From Spirochaetia bacterium (GTDB taxonomy: Bacteria; Spirochaetota; Spirochaetia; SP-2023), in the NCBI GenBank assembly GCA_965263295.1, contig OZ253665.1:1856001-1920000 (forward strand): a stretch of DNA of 64,000 nucleotides. Reading direction: 5' to 3'. The notes under the pieces are model-generated. The model ran no database searches, was not told where the DNA came from, and worked only from the letters and a program-made list of their open reading frames with translations. The translations under genes were made by a program, and so were the position numbers. The first letter of the stretch is position 1; the number at the start of each line of letters is the position of its first letter. Of the stretch, positions 54,904 through 63,921 are shown in pieces.

Positions 54904-55359
54904 CTAACCAGGTAGAAACTGATAAGCTGCGACAAGTGCGGCGATAGTCACGCCACTACAACTGATCATGGCCGTCAGCGACCATCTCATAAAACTATTT
55001 ATTTGCGCTTGCACCGACTCAAAACGCTTATCCACCTGCTCAAAACGCTTATCCACCTGCTCAAAACGCTTGTCCACCTGCTCAAAACGCTTGTCCACCT
55101 GCTCAAAACGCCTGTTCATCTGTTCCTGCACTTGCTCAAAGCGCTTGTCGACTTGCTCAAAGCGATCATTCATATCCTTTCTAAGCGTCAATATTTCACC
55201 CCGCAGATCTTGTTCAAGATGCGTTATGTGGTTCGTCTGTGCTTTAAGCACCAAAACAATGATTTCTTCGCTCTTTAGAGCCTCATTATTGGTTACTTTT
55301 TGCATGGCTTTTTGAGCATTTTCGTCCAGCCATTGTTCAAAACCCGAATTGTCAAACAT
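54904..55359 (-). CDS. Coiled-coil cassette copy 6, 151 aa
   Basis: Protein identical to copy 3. Confidence 0.85.
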   Translation of the reverse strand: MFDNSGFEQWLDENAQKAMQKVTNNEALKSEEIIVLVLKAQTNHITHLEQDLRGEILTLRKDMNDRFEQVDKRFEQVQEQMNRRFEQVDKRFEQVDKRFEQVDKRFEQVDKRFESVQAQINSFMRWSLTAMISCSGVTIAALVAAYQFLPG

Positions 55360-55699
55360 GAAAAAATACCTCCAAACCCAATTCTAAATCTATCCAACAT
55401 ATTTTGCAAACCAGATTTTGGTTCCCCCTCAGAGTCCCTGGCCAAGTAACCACGAACAACACCAAAAATTCTAAAACACCGCCCCTCCCGCCTCGACGCC
55501 CCCCCTGCCTCCCATGGATTACCCGTCTAAATTTCGTGACCTTTCGCTGTCTTCGTGCTTTTCGTGGTCACCTTTTCGCCACCTTTCGTGCCCTTCGTGG
55601 TCCCCGCGGCTCCCCCAGCCTAACTTTCGTGACTTTTCGCTGTCTTCGTGCCCTTTCGTGTTCGTGCCTTTTCGCTGTCTTCGTGCTTTTCGTGGTCCC

Positions 55700-56179
55700 C
55701 TAACCAGGTAGAAACTGATAAGCTGCGACAAGTGCGGCGATAGTCACGCCACTACAACTGATCATGGCCGTCAGCGACCATCTCATAAAATTATTTATTT
55801 GCGCTTGCACCGACTCAAAACGCTTATCCACCTGCTCTTGCGCCTGCTTAAAGCGCATATTCATTTGCTCTTGTGCGCACTCAAAACGCTTATCGACCTG
55901 CTCAAAGCGCTTGTCCACCTGCTCAAAACGCCTGTTCATCTGTTCCTGCACTTGCTCAAAGCGCTTGTCGACTTGCTCAAAGCGATCATTCATATCCTTT
56001 CTAAGCGTCAATATTTCACCCCGCAGATCTTGTTCAAGATGCGTTATGTGGTTCGTCTGTGCTTTAAGCACCAAAACAATGATCTCTTCGCTCTTTAGAG
56101 CCTCATTATTGGTTACTTTTTGCATGGCTTTTTGAGCATTTTCGTCCAGCCATTGCTCAAAACCCGAATTGTCAAACAT
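55700..56179 (-). CDS. Coiled-coil cassette copy 7, 159 aa
   Basis: Longest; has the leading heptad of copy 3 plus the ECAQ insert of copy 2. Confidence 0.85.
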   Translation of the reverse strand: MFDNSGFEQWLDENAQKAMQKVTNNEALKSEEIIVLVLKAQTNHITHLEQDLRGEILTLRKDMNDRFEQVDKRFEQVQEQMNRRFEQVDKRFEQVDKRFECAQEQMNMRFKQAQEQVDKRFESVQAQINNFMRWSLTAMISCSGVTIAALVAAYQFLPG

Positions 56180-56523
56180 GAAAAAATACCTCCAAACCCA
56201 ATTCTAAATATATCCAACATATTTTGCAAACCAGATTTTGGTTCCCTCAGAATCCCTGGCCCCGTAACCACGAACAACACCAAAAATTCTAAAACACCGC
56301 CCCTCCCTGCCACCCATGGATTACCCGTCTAAATTTCGTGACCTTTCGCTGTCTTCGTGCACTTTCGTGGTCCCCCTTCAAAGTTCCCCGGTCACCCGCA
56401 GCCTAAATTTCGTGACCTTTCGCTGTCTTCGTGCACTTTCGTGGTCCCCGCGGCTCCCCAGCCTAACTTTCGTGACCTTTCGTAGACTTTCGTGTAATTT
56501 CGTGGTCCCTCTTTCGTGGTCCC

Positions 56524-56982
56524 CTAACCAGGTAGAAACTGATAAGCTGCGACAAGTGCGGCGATAGTCACGCCACTACAACTGATCATGGCCGTCAGCG
56601 ACCATCTCATAAAATTATTTATTTGCGCTTGCACCGACTCAAAACGCTTATCCACCTGCTCTTGCGCCTGCTTAAAGCGCATATTCATTTGCTCTTGTGC
56701 GCACTCAAAACGCTTATCGACCTGCTCAAAGCGCTTGTCCACCTGCTCAAAACGCCTGTTCATCTGTTCCTGCACTTGCTCAAAGCGATCATTCATATCC
56801 TTTCTAAGCGTCAATATTTCACCCCGCAGATCTTGTTCAAGATGCGTTATGTGGTTCGTCTGTGCTTTAAGCACCAAAACAATGATCTCTTCGCTCTTTA
56901 GAGCCTCATTATTGGTTACTTTTTGCATGGCTTTTTGGGCATTTTCGTCCAGCCATTGTTCAAAACCCGAATTGTCAAACAT
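56524..56982 (-). CDS. Coiled-coil cassette copy 8, 152 aa
   Basis: Protein identical to copy 2. Confidence 0.85.
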   Translation of the reverse strand: MFDNSGFEQWLDENAQKAMQKVTNNEALKSEEIIVLVLKAQTNHITHLEQDLRGEILTLRKDMNDRFEQVQEQMNRRFEQVDKRFEQVDKRFECAQEQMNMRFKQAQEQVDKRFESVQAQINNFMRWSLTAMISCSGVTIAALVAAYQFLPG

Positions 56983-57138
56983 GAAAAAATACCTCCAAAC
57001 CCAATTCTAAATCTATCCAACATATTTTGCAAACCAGATTTTGGTTCCCTCAGAATCCCTGGCCCCGTAACCACGAACAACACCAAAAATTCTAAAACAC
57101 CGCCCCTGCTGCCTCGACGCCCCCCCACGCCTCCCGTG

Positions 57139-57451
57139 TGTGGGGGGGCATGAAGAATGAAAAAGCAGGAATTGAGCAGAAAAGTTGCAGGATGCCTTGT
57201 ATTTAGGGCTTTCAAAGGGTGGATGTGGGGCGTTTAAGTTTGAAAAAAATTGCAGGTTTTTGCTGTTTTCTTGGAGAAATTTGTAAAAAACTTGCAGAAA
57301 TTTGCAGCCGTTTTTACTGATTTTCCGGGTGCGGTTTCGGCTTTCTGTGGCGACCGACCGAGAGTGCCCCGGCCAGCTTTTGCCAAATGACAGACTTTGC
57401 GGGCGGTGCTAGCGATATCGAAATGCGTGGAGTACGATGAGTGCGGCAGCC
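57139..57451 (+). mobile_element. Putative Mu-like prophage terminus, copy 2
   Basis: Direct, near-identical copy of 26773-27089; begins TGTGGGGGGG inside a lattice unit. Confidence 0.65.
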
Positions 57452-57540
57452 ATAAATACTTGGTCGCTGATTTCATGGCCAGAGCTGCGCTCGTAGATAG
57501 CCCAGACTGCGACGGCTGTAAACATTATTGCGGTGCCCAT
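57409..57540 (-). CDS. Small hydrophobic phage ORF (43 aa)
   Basis: MGTAIMFTAVAVWAIYERSSGHEISDQVFMAAALIVLHAFRYR; its 3' end is conserved in frame at ~27047-27089 (AAALITLHAFRYC). Confidence 0.55.
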   Translation of the reverse strand: MGTAIMFTAVAVWAIYERSSGHEISDQVFMAAALIVLHAFRYR

Positions 57541-57595
57541 GGGGTTCGTTCTCTGTTTTTAAATGCCATAGGCTACGCTATGGCTTTGGGTTGTG

Positions 57596-57748
57596 CTAAA
57601 ACGGAGAAACCAACAGCGTGATTAGATGCGAAGCATTTTCTTCGTGGCGTTTGGCATTGCCGATACGGATTACGCGATAACCACTATTTTCAAGTAGTGT
57701 CGCAAGCTTGAGCAGTTCGCTGGGTTCCTTGCTATTTTCGTTATTCAT
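57596..57748 (-). CDS. Small phage ORF (50 aa)
   Basis: MNNENSKEPSELLKLATLLENSGYRVIRIG...; AAGGAG RBS upstream. Confidence 0.55.
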   Translation of the reverse strand: MNNENSKEPSELLKLATLLENSGYRVIRIGNAKRHEENASHLITLLVSPF

Positions 57749-57782
57749 ATATACTCCTTGCCAGATGTTCTTGAGATGATCT

Positions 57783-57923
57783 TCAAAATGCTTTAGTACA
57801 GTGGCAGTTCCAGTCAGCGGGAGGCAGGAACGTGCCCCAGGGCCTATCTGTTGGTTTAAGCTGGTTTGCCTTATTTTCTCCTGGCTCTTGTTTCTCCGAG
57901 AGCTTAATCTCTGTGTTTTGCAT
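57783..57923 (-). CDS. Small ORF (46 aa) carrying a MuF-like PPxxWxCxC motif
   Basis: AAGGAG RBS; ...LKPTDRPWGTFLPPADWNCHCTKAF. Confidence 0.55.
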   Translation of the reverse strand: MQNTEIKLSEKQEPGENKANQLKPTDRPWGTFLPPADWNCHCTKAF

Positions 57924-58060
57924 AAATTTCTCCTTGCCGCTTGTCAGGGCGGGCTTTGTGTGATACATTGGCTATATAAGCCCTGTGGTAAGTACGCTAG
58001 TTGGTAAGCGGGCCCAATCAACGATGGCTAGATGCCGTTCAAATCGGACCGTCACGGGGT

Positions 58061-58975
58061 TTATTTTTTATATAATGCATTGCCAACTGATTCCTCCGTT
58101 TCCCCTAGTCTGACCTTGGTAAAGCTTACCAGTTGTAGTGGCCGCCCGTTGTTCTGGCGAAATACCACACGGGCCTCGTGATGCCTGTTTAGTTTATAGG
58201 TAAATAGCCATTCGCCGCCGTCACGGTAAATTGCGTCTGGGTTCGCCAGGTGGCGCGGCATGGCGCCGATTTCCTTGATTGTCAGGTCTCGGTCGGGGTT
58301 AAAGTCGCCTTTCTTTCCTCCGCGTCCCCGACTGCCGTGGCGCAGGGCTTTGTCGCTCGCCATAAGCTTGGGGTCGAAGTCCATGACGTCCATAACTTGC
58401 TGCGCGAGTGTGGCCATGTGCACGGGAATTTCGGTGGTGCCGTGCTTTTCCTCGATCACCGTGCGGCTGTATTTTTGCCATGCTCCATGGCTCATCTGTA
58501 CTTTGGCCATCTCGTCGCGGTAGTTTTGCATTACGCCGCGCAGGGCGCCGGCCTTGCGCAGGCCCTTGTAGGTTTTCCAGTTGGGTGCCAGGGCTTCCTT
58601 GGCTGGGTTATAGGCCCAGGCGGGGTCAAGCTGTGGTGCTCCTTCTTGTGGCGTGGGCAGGGTCTTTTTGGCGCCCTTTGCCCATTCTGCGTCGGCTTGC
58701 TCCTGGGTTAGTGGGCTGCGATAACAGGCGCAGCGCCAGCCGTTGGGCGGGCAGATTACATCCCAGGCCGGGTCGTCGGCTTTGAGGATCATGTTATGCC
58801 AGGCTGCGTGGCTCTGACGTTTGTTTTTTCTTTGCCGCTGCTTGTATTGCCAATAGGGATAGATGTGTTGCACGCTCCACAGCTTGCGGGTCTGGCCGGC
58901 ACTGTAGGCGGTGAGCTGGTTTTGCTCGTAGATGATGCGGATGCGCCAGTTGATGTAGTTCTGGGCCGGCAGTTT
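58061..58975 (-). pseudogene. 5'-truncated Mu gpF-like (MuF) gene
   Basis: WRIRIIYEQNQLTAYSAG, YPYWQY, RQSHAAWH, DDPAWDVICPPNGWRCAC, LDPAWAYNP; the upstream part of the track ORF is antisense tape-measure sequence. Confidence 0.8.
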
Positions 58976-60091
58976 GTGCTGGCGATTCCCAAGGCTTACG
59001 CCTTTGCCGTGGCCAACTGGGCCGTGATCGGCCCCATGATCGCGATCACCGTGGGAATAGCCGCCGTCATCGCCATTGGCGTGCTGCTGATAAAACATTG
59101 GGACACAGTCAAAGCCTTTGGCGCCAAGGTATGGAATGGGATTGTTTACGGGGTACAAACCGCAATTACCTGGTTCAGCAACTTGCTGAATAACCCATTC
59201 TTTGCGGGTGTCGGGGTTTTATTCGCTCCCTGGATAACTATACCGGCTTTGGTTGTCAAAATAATCATGGCCCACTGGGAGCCGATCAAGGCGTTTTTTG
59301 CGGCCGTCTGGGATGGGATCACGTTGGGCGCGCGGGCCGCCTGGGCTTTTGTTGTGGGTGTTTTTAGTCCCGTTGGCAATGCCATTGTCGCCGCATGGCA
59401 GCCCGCAAAGGCTTTTTTCATTGGGATGTGGGATGCCGTATTGTTTGCACTGCACGGCGTCGGGGCTTTCTTTAACGGGGTTTTTGCGGCTATCGCGGGC
59501 AGGCTTATTGCCGTGTGGCAGCCCGCCAAGGCGTTCTTTGTGGGCATGTGGGATGCGGTATTGCTTGTGCTGCACAGCGTCGGGGGCTTTTTTAGCGGGA
59601 CTTTCGCGGCTATCGCGCAGGGGATTATTACGGCCTGGCAGCCGGTAAAGGCCTTCTTTGCCGCATTGTTTGAGCCCATTAATAAGGTGGTGAGCAGCGC
59701 CAGTTCCGCCTGGAAATGGCTTGTGGGCGGCAATACCGAAGGAGCAGGCGGCGGCCAAGCCGTGCCTGACAATGTCAAGAAATTTGGCGCTGGGGGCTAT
59801 ACTGGTCCGGGCGGGGCCAGTCAGGTGGCGGGCGTGGTGCACGCGGGCGAATATGTGTTCTCGCAAAGTGCGGTGGACACGATCGGGCTGGGCAACCTCG
59901 ATTATCTACACAAACATCCGGGGCCGATTCAATTCGCCCAGGGAATTGGCGCGGCGGAAGGCCCCGCGCCGAGCGGCGGTGGCAACGGGAACATATCCAT
60001 TCACATCGAAAACTTGACAGTCAATGCAGACGAGATTGAGGAAATCGGCGACTTTGTGCGCTTGCTGATGCGGGCCGGGGGTGCGGCGTGA
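58965..60091 (+). pseudogene. 5'-truncated phage tail tape measure protein (C-terminal part)
   Basis: LLIKHWDTVKAF, repeated W(E/Q)P(I/A/V)KAFFxxxWD amphipathic units, FGAGGYTGPGG...AGVVHAGEYV. Confidence 0.8.
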
Positions 60092-60696
60092 TCTTGAGTT
60101 CAATGCCCGAAGAAAAGGCCCTATTGCTCAACGATGTCGTGGTGCCGGGCATAGAGGTCTCGTGCTCCTTTGACGGGAGGGCGCAGGTTGACCGCTCCCG
60201 GTGGAAAGACGGCGGGCGTGATTTTACCCTGAATGGCTTTGACCCGGTGGAGTTTTCTGTAAACCTTAAAATTGTGGATGAACAGGCCCCAGGTCAAGTA
60301 ACAGATCAGTCAACGAGTCACGGCGGCAAGAGTCGGGAAGACCTGCTCGCCGAGGTCATCGCCCTGTTTCGCAAGACCGAGAACGGCGGCCAGCCGGTGC
60401 AATACGAGATACTGCTGCCGGAGGCAAGGGCCTGGGGCATCAAGCGCTGTTATCTTCTGAGTATGAGCAGCGCTCGCGGCAGCAAGCTGGTCTACGATGT
60501 GAGCCTCAAGTTTGTGGAGTTCAACCCTGAGATTGACAGGATCACCAAGCAGCAGAAGAAAAAACAGGCGGCCAAAAGCGCGCCAAAGCCTCCCTCAAGC
60601 GGCGATGCGGCCACGACCGCCGAGCGGAAACAGTTTGACGAGCATGCGGAGATATGGAGGCGCCATGATCCAAGTCTGCGCCAGGATATTTATTAG
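60088..60696 (+). CDS. Putative phage tail protein (post-tape-measure, tube initiator-like)
   Basis: 4-bp overlap with the tape measure stop; ends in VSLKFVEF plus a basic tail. Assigned mainly by position. Confidence 0.55.
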   Translation: MILSSMPEEKALLLNDVVVPGIEVSCSFDGRAQVDRSRWKDGGRDFTLNGFDPVEFSVNLKIVDEQAPGQVTDQSTSHGGKSREDLLAEVIALFRKTENGGQPVQYEILLPEARAWGIKRCYLLSMSSARGSKLVYDVSLKFVEFNPEIDRITKQQKKKQAAKSAPKPPSSGDAATTAERKQFDEHAEIWRRHDPSLRQDIY

Positions 60697-60718
60697 CCTT
60701 TAAATATTGGAGGATACA

Positions 60719-61819
60719 ATGGAAGTGCGAATATTACGGGATGGCGAGGATACGGGTTATAAGTACCTGAGCTGCCGCCTATCGGCCACCGTGGATTTGG
60801 TTAGCCAGCGCTGCGATCTCTACCTGAGCCGCGAGGCTGATTTTGCCGTAGGTCAGGAGCTAGGCATTGAGGGAGGCGGCGTGCGGCTGTTTAGCGCCCC
60901 GGTGGTGAAGGTGGGGCCAGGGCGGCACAACCAGTTGCGCATTATAGCCTTTGCGGCGCTGGATGAGGTGGTGCACGTGAATTACCACCAGGAGGATGCG
61001 GCCAATATCCTTTCGGACATAATTGAGAAGCACAACTACAAGAGCACGGACAAGCGCATGGACTTTGCGTTAAGGGGTGAGCGCATGAGCCTGCTGCACC
61101 ACTGGCTCGACACTGTGGCTCCAGACAAAGAAGCCTTTATGGACGCCGAAGGGGTCTTACAGGTGGGGCTGGAGCCAGGCAGTACGGTGCATTTGGGCAA
61201 GCTGATAGAGGAACACGGAGACTGGCAGGAATACCGCGCCGTGCCGGTGCTTTTGGGCTGGGTATCGGGTCAGGGCATCGTAAGGGGTCTAGAGTACGCG
61301 CTCAAGCCGACGCGGGAGCGCCTGCGCATCTGGTGGGGTGAATTAAAGGAGAGTGCAAAAGACTTTTCTGTTAAAAGTAGCCTGAAAAAAGCCTTTGAGG
61401 CGACCAAGGACGCTATTTTAGGGCCAGGAAGTATCGGAAACTTTAGCAACAAGACAATTTATGCTATTATGAACGACAGGGTTGGCGGCCATCCGCTAGA
61501 AAGCCTGGTGCGCCCAGTCCCTTCGGGCACGATCTTGCAAGGCTATATAGACGGCGTGGTTGATGTGGAAGGTTATCAAGTTTATAAGATGAATGAAAAT
61601 ACCAATTTAACTTTTGATGGTGATTTTCAGGTTCTGCAGCCCGATGACAAAGTAGAGATACATTTGAAGAATATAAAAGTTATAATGGGGGAGAATAACG
61701 ATGGATATGGCCTATACCGTGACATGCTAAGGAGCAGTAACTTTCAGCATGTCTACACTGGCCAGTTGTCAATAGCCATGTATAGTTGGTGGTCTGCAGC
61801 TCAAAAACACGGGGGATAG
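60719..61819 (+). CDS. Putative baseplate hub-like protein with AT-rich C-terminal extension
   Basis: GGAGG RBS before ATG 60719; lies between the tail and gpV-like genes; composition shifts near 61340. Confidence 0.5.
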   Translation: MEVRILRDGEDTGYKYLSCRLSATVDLVSQRCDLYLSREADFAVGQELGIEGGGVRLFSAPVVKVGPGRHNQLRIIAFAALDEVVHVNYHQEDAANILSDIIEKHNYKSTDKRMDFALRGERMSLLHHWLDTVAPDKEAFMDAEGVLQVGLEPGSTVHLGKLIEEHGDWQEYRAVPVLLGWVSGQGIVRGLEYALKPTRERLRIWWGELKESAKDFSVKSSLKKAFEATKDAILGPGSIGNFSNKTIYAIMNDRVGGHPLESLVRPVPSGTILQGYIDGVVDVEGYQVYKMNENTNLTFDGDFQVLQPDDKVEIHLKNIKVIMGENNDGYGLYRDMLRSSNFQHVYTGQLSIAMYSWWSAAQKHGG

Positions 61820-61821
61820 TA

Positions 61822-62049
61822 ATGCTTAAAATCCATAAAAAAAATATTTTACAATTATCGTATGTTTACTGGTTAGGACTATATCCGTTCATTCTATTAT
61901 TGGCATTCGAATGGGTTCCTATTGTGCTGCTAGCGGTTGTTATAACCGTTCTTTTGGTTTTTAATAGAAAGTATATCAAGGTCTTAGCTATAAAAACAAA
62001 CTTGATAATGCTTGTATTTTGGCTGTTAATTATAGTTATCTTTGGCTAG
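61822..62049 (+). CDS. Small AT-rich membrane protein (75 aa)
   Basis: Almost entirely hydrophobic; starts 2 bp after the upstream stop. Confidence 0.55.
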   Translation: MLKIHKKNILQLSYVYWLGLYPFILLLAFEWVPIVLLAVVITVLLVFNRKYIKVLAIKTNLIMLVFWLLIIVIFG

Positions 62050-62082
62050 TGACTATAGTTACCTAAGGCTTCTTAATATATT

Positions 62083-62425
62083 ATGCCTCCCGATGATACC
62101 CTAGCCCCACTGTACCGCAGCTGGCTCAATTCCGCGATGCCCAAACGCCAGGGGCCAGAGCTGGGCAAGGTGCAAAGCAGTACCTGCAGTGCCCAGGAAT
62201 ACACCTGCGCCGTAAAGCTGCTGGAGCCAGATAGCCTGGCCGAAACTGGAACCGAGCTAAGCGGCGTCAGCATCAACCCGCTGTGGGCCGACTCGCACGG
62301 GTCGGGTATCTATGTCCCACCAGAAAACGGCCAGATTGTGGTGATTGGCTACCTGGGCATGGATCGCAGTCATCCCTTTGTCTCGGCAATCTGGGGTGGC
62401 CAGACCCCCAATTTGCGCCCCAGCT
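62083..62425 (+). pseudogene. Baseplate spike gpV-like N-terminal fragment, truncated by the repeat lattice
   Basis: GKV...AVKLL...LWADSHGSGIYVPPENGQIVVIGYLGMDRSHPFV resembles the gpV OB-fold; the frame then runs into repeat sequence. Confidence 0.7.
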
Positions 62426-62429
62426 GCCC

Positions 62430-63835
62430 CGCTGCGGCTCCCCTGCCTAAATTTCGTGACCTTTCGTTATTTTTCGTGCCCTTTCGTGGTCCCCCTTTAA
62501 AAGTCTCTGGCCGAGTAACCACGAAAAACACCAAAAAAGTACGAAACAACACGAAAAATTCTAAAACACCGCGCCTGCTGCCTGGACGCCCTTCTTGGCT
62601 GCCGTCCCCTTTTTTAACCGTTTTCCTGCCCTCCACAGCTCCCGTTGCCCATTCGGCCCCCTTTTCTGCTTTCCCCTGGCGCCCACAGATCCCCCGTCTA
62701 GATTTCGTGCCTTTTCGCCCTATTTCGTGCCCTTTCGTGGTCCCCCTTTCGCCACCTTTCGTGCAATTCGTGGTCCCCATCGTTCCACCCACGGCCCCCC
62801 CCGTCTAGATTTCGTGCCTTTTCGCCCTATTTCGTGCCCTTTCGTGGTCCCCCTTTCGCCACCTTTCGTGCTTTTCGTGGTTCCCTTTCACAGTCCCTGG
62901 CCGAGTAACCACGAACAACACAAAAAAAAGTACGAAACGACACGAAAATTCTAAAACACCGCGCCTGCTGCCTGGACGCCCTTCTTGGCTGCCGTCCCCT
63001 TTTTTAACCGTTTTCCTGCCCTCCACAGCTCCCGTTGCCCATTCGGCCCCCTTTTCTGCTTTCCCCTGGCGCCCACAGATCCCCCGTCTAGATTTCGTGC
63101 CTTTTCGCCCTATTTCGTGCCCTTTCGTGGTCCCCCTTTCGCCCTCTTTCGTGCAATTCGTGGTTCCCTTTCACAGTCCCTGGCCGAGTAACCACGAAAT
63201 ACACTAAAAAATACGAACGACACGAAAAATCCTAAAACACCGCCCCTGCTACCTGAACGCCCCCCCACGCCTCCCGTCATCCTTTTTCCTGCCCCCCCCC
63301 TGCCACCCACAGCTCCCCCGTCTAAATTTCGTGACCTTTCGCTGTCTTCGTGCTTTTCGTGGTCACCTTTTCGCCCTCTTTCGTGCACTTTCGTGGTTCC
63401 CCCTTTAAAGTTCCCCTGTCACCCACAGCCCCCCATCGTTTCACCCGCGGCTCCCCAGCCTAACTTTCGTGACCTTTCGCTGTCTTCGTGCTTTTCGTGG
63501 TCACCTTTTCGCCCTCTTTCGTGCACTTTCGTGGTTCCCCCTTTAAAGTTCCCCTGTCACCCACAGCCCCCCATCGTTTCACCCGCGGCTCCCCAGCCTA
63601 ACTTTCGTGACCTTTCGCTGTCTTCGTGCTTTTCGTGGTCACCTTTTCGCCCTCTTTCGTGCACTTTCGTGGTTCCCCCTTTAAAGTTCCCCTGTCACCC
63701 ACAGCCCCCCATCGTTTCACCCGCGGCTCCCCAGCCTAACTTTCGTGACCTTTCGCTGTCTTCGTGCCCTTTCGTGGTTACTATTTCGTGCCTTTTCGCC
63801 ACTTTTCGTGTAATTTCGTGGTTCCTTTCGTGATC
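62430..63835. repeat. Inverted-repeat lattice, block 3
   Basis: A modules at ~62517, 62907 and 63190; includes a 138-bp unit repeated three times (GACC at 63333, 63471, 63609, 63747). Confidence 0.95.
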
Positions 63836-63839
63836 CCAC

Positions 63840-63880
63840 AAAAAAAACGCCGCCCACTGTCTTTCGACAGGAGGCGGCGC
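63840..63880 (-). terminator. Intrinsic terminator, duplicate of 48397-48438
   Basis: Same hairpin and A-run, with the 3' UTR near-identical to 48397-48480. Confidence 0.75.
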
Positions 63881-63921
63881 GGCGTAGGCAAAAAGGCTAA
63901 CGCGAAAAGTTAATTACCCAA

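Larger units (their letters stand above)
50665..57136. repeat. Inverted-repeat lattice, block 2, interleaved with eight gene cassettes
   Basis: A modules at ~50691, 51642, 52337, 53284, 53947, 54631, 55448, 56266 and 57069; each cassette is preceded on + by TTCGTGGTCCC. Confidence 0.95.

Noticed and set aside
48481..57000. Diversity-generating retroelement
   Set aside because: No reverse transcriptase, and copies differ by repeat-unit number and scattered SNPs rather than adenine-specific substitutions.
51206..57010. Plus-strand ORFs MAVSDHLIK... and MRLHRLK... repeated eight times
   Set aside because: Antisense shadows of the heptad-repeat genes; the minus strand has the promoter, RBS and a sensible protein architecture.
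50665..57136. Classical integron cassette array
   Set aside because: No tyrosine integrase in the window, no RYYYAAC...GTTRRRY attC pattern recognised, and the cassettes are copies of one gene with their own promoters.
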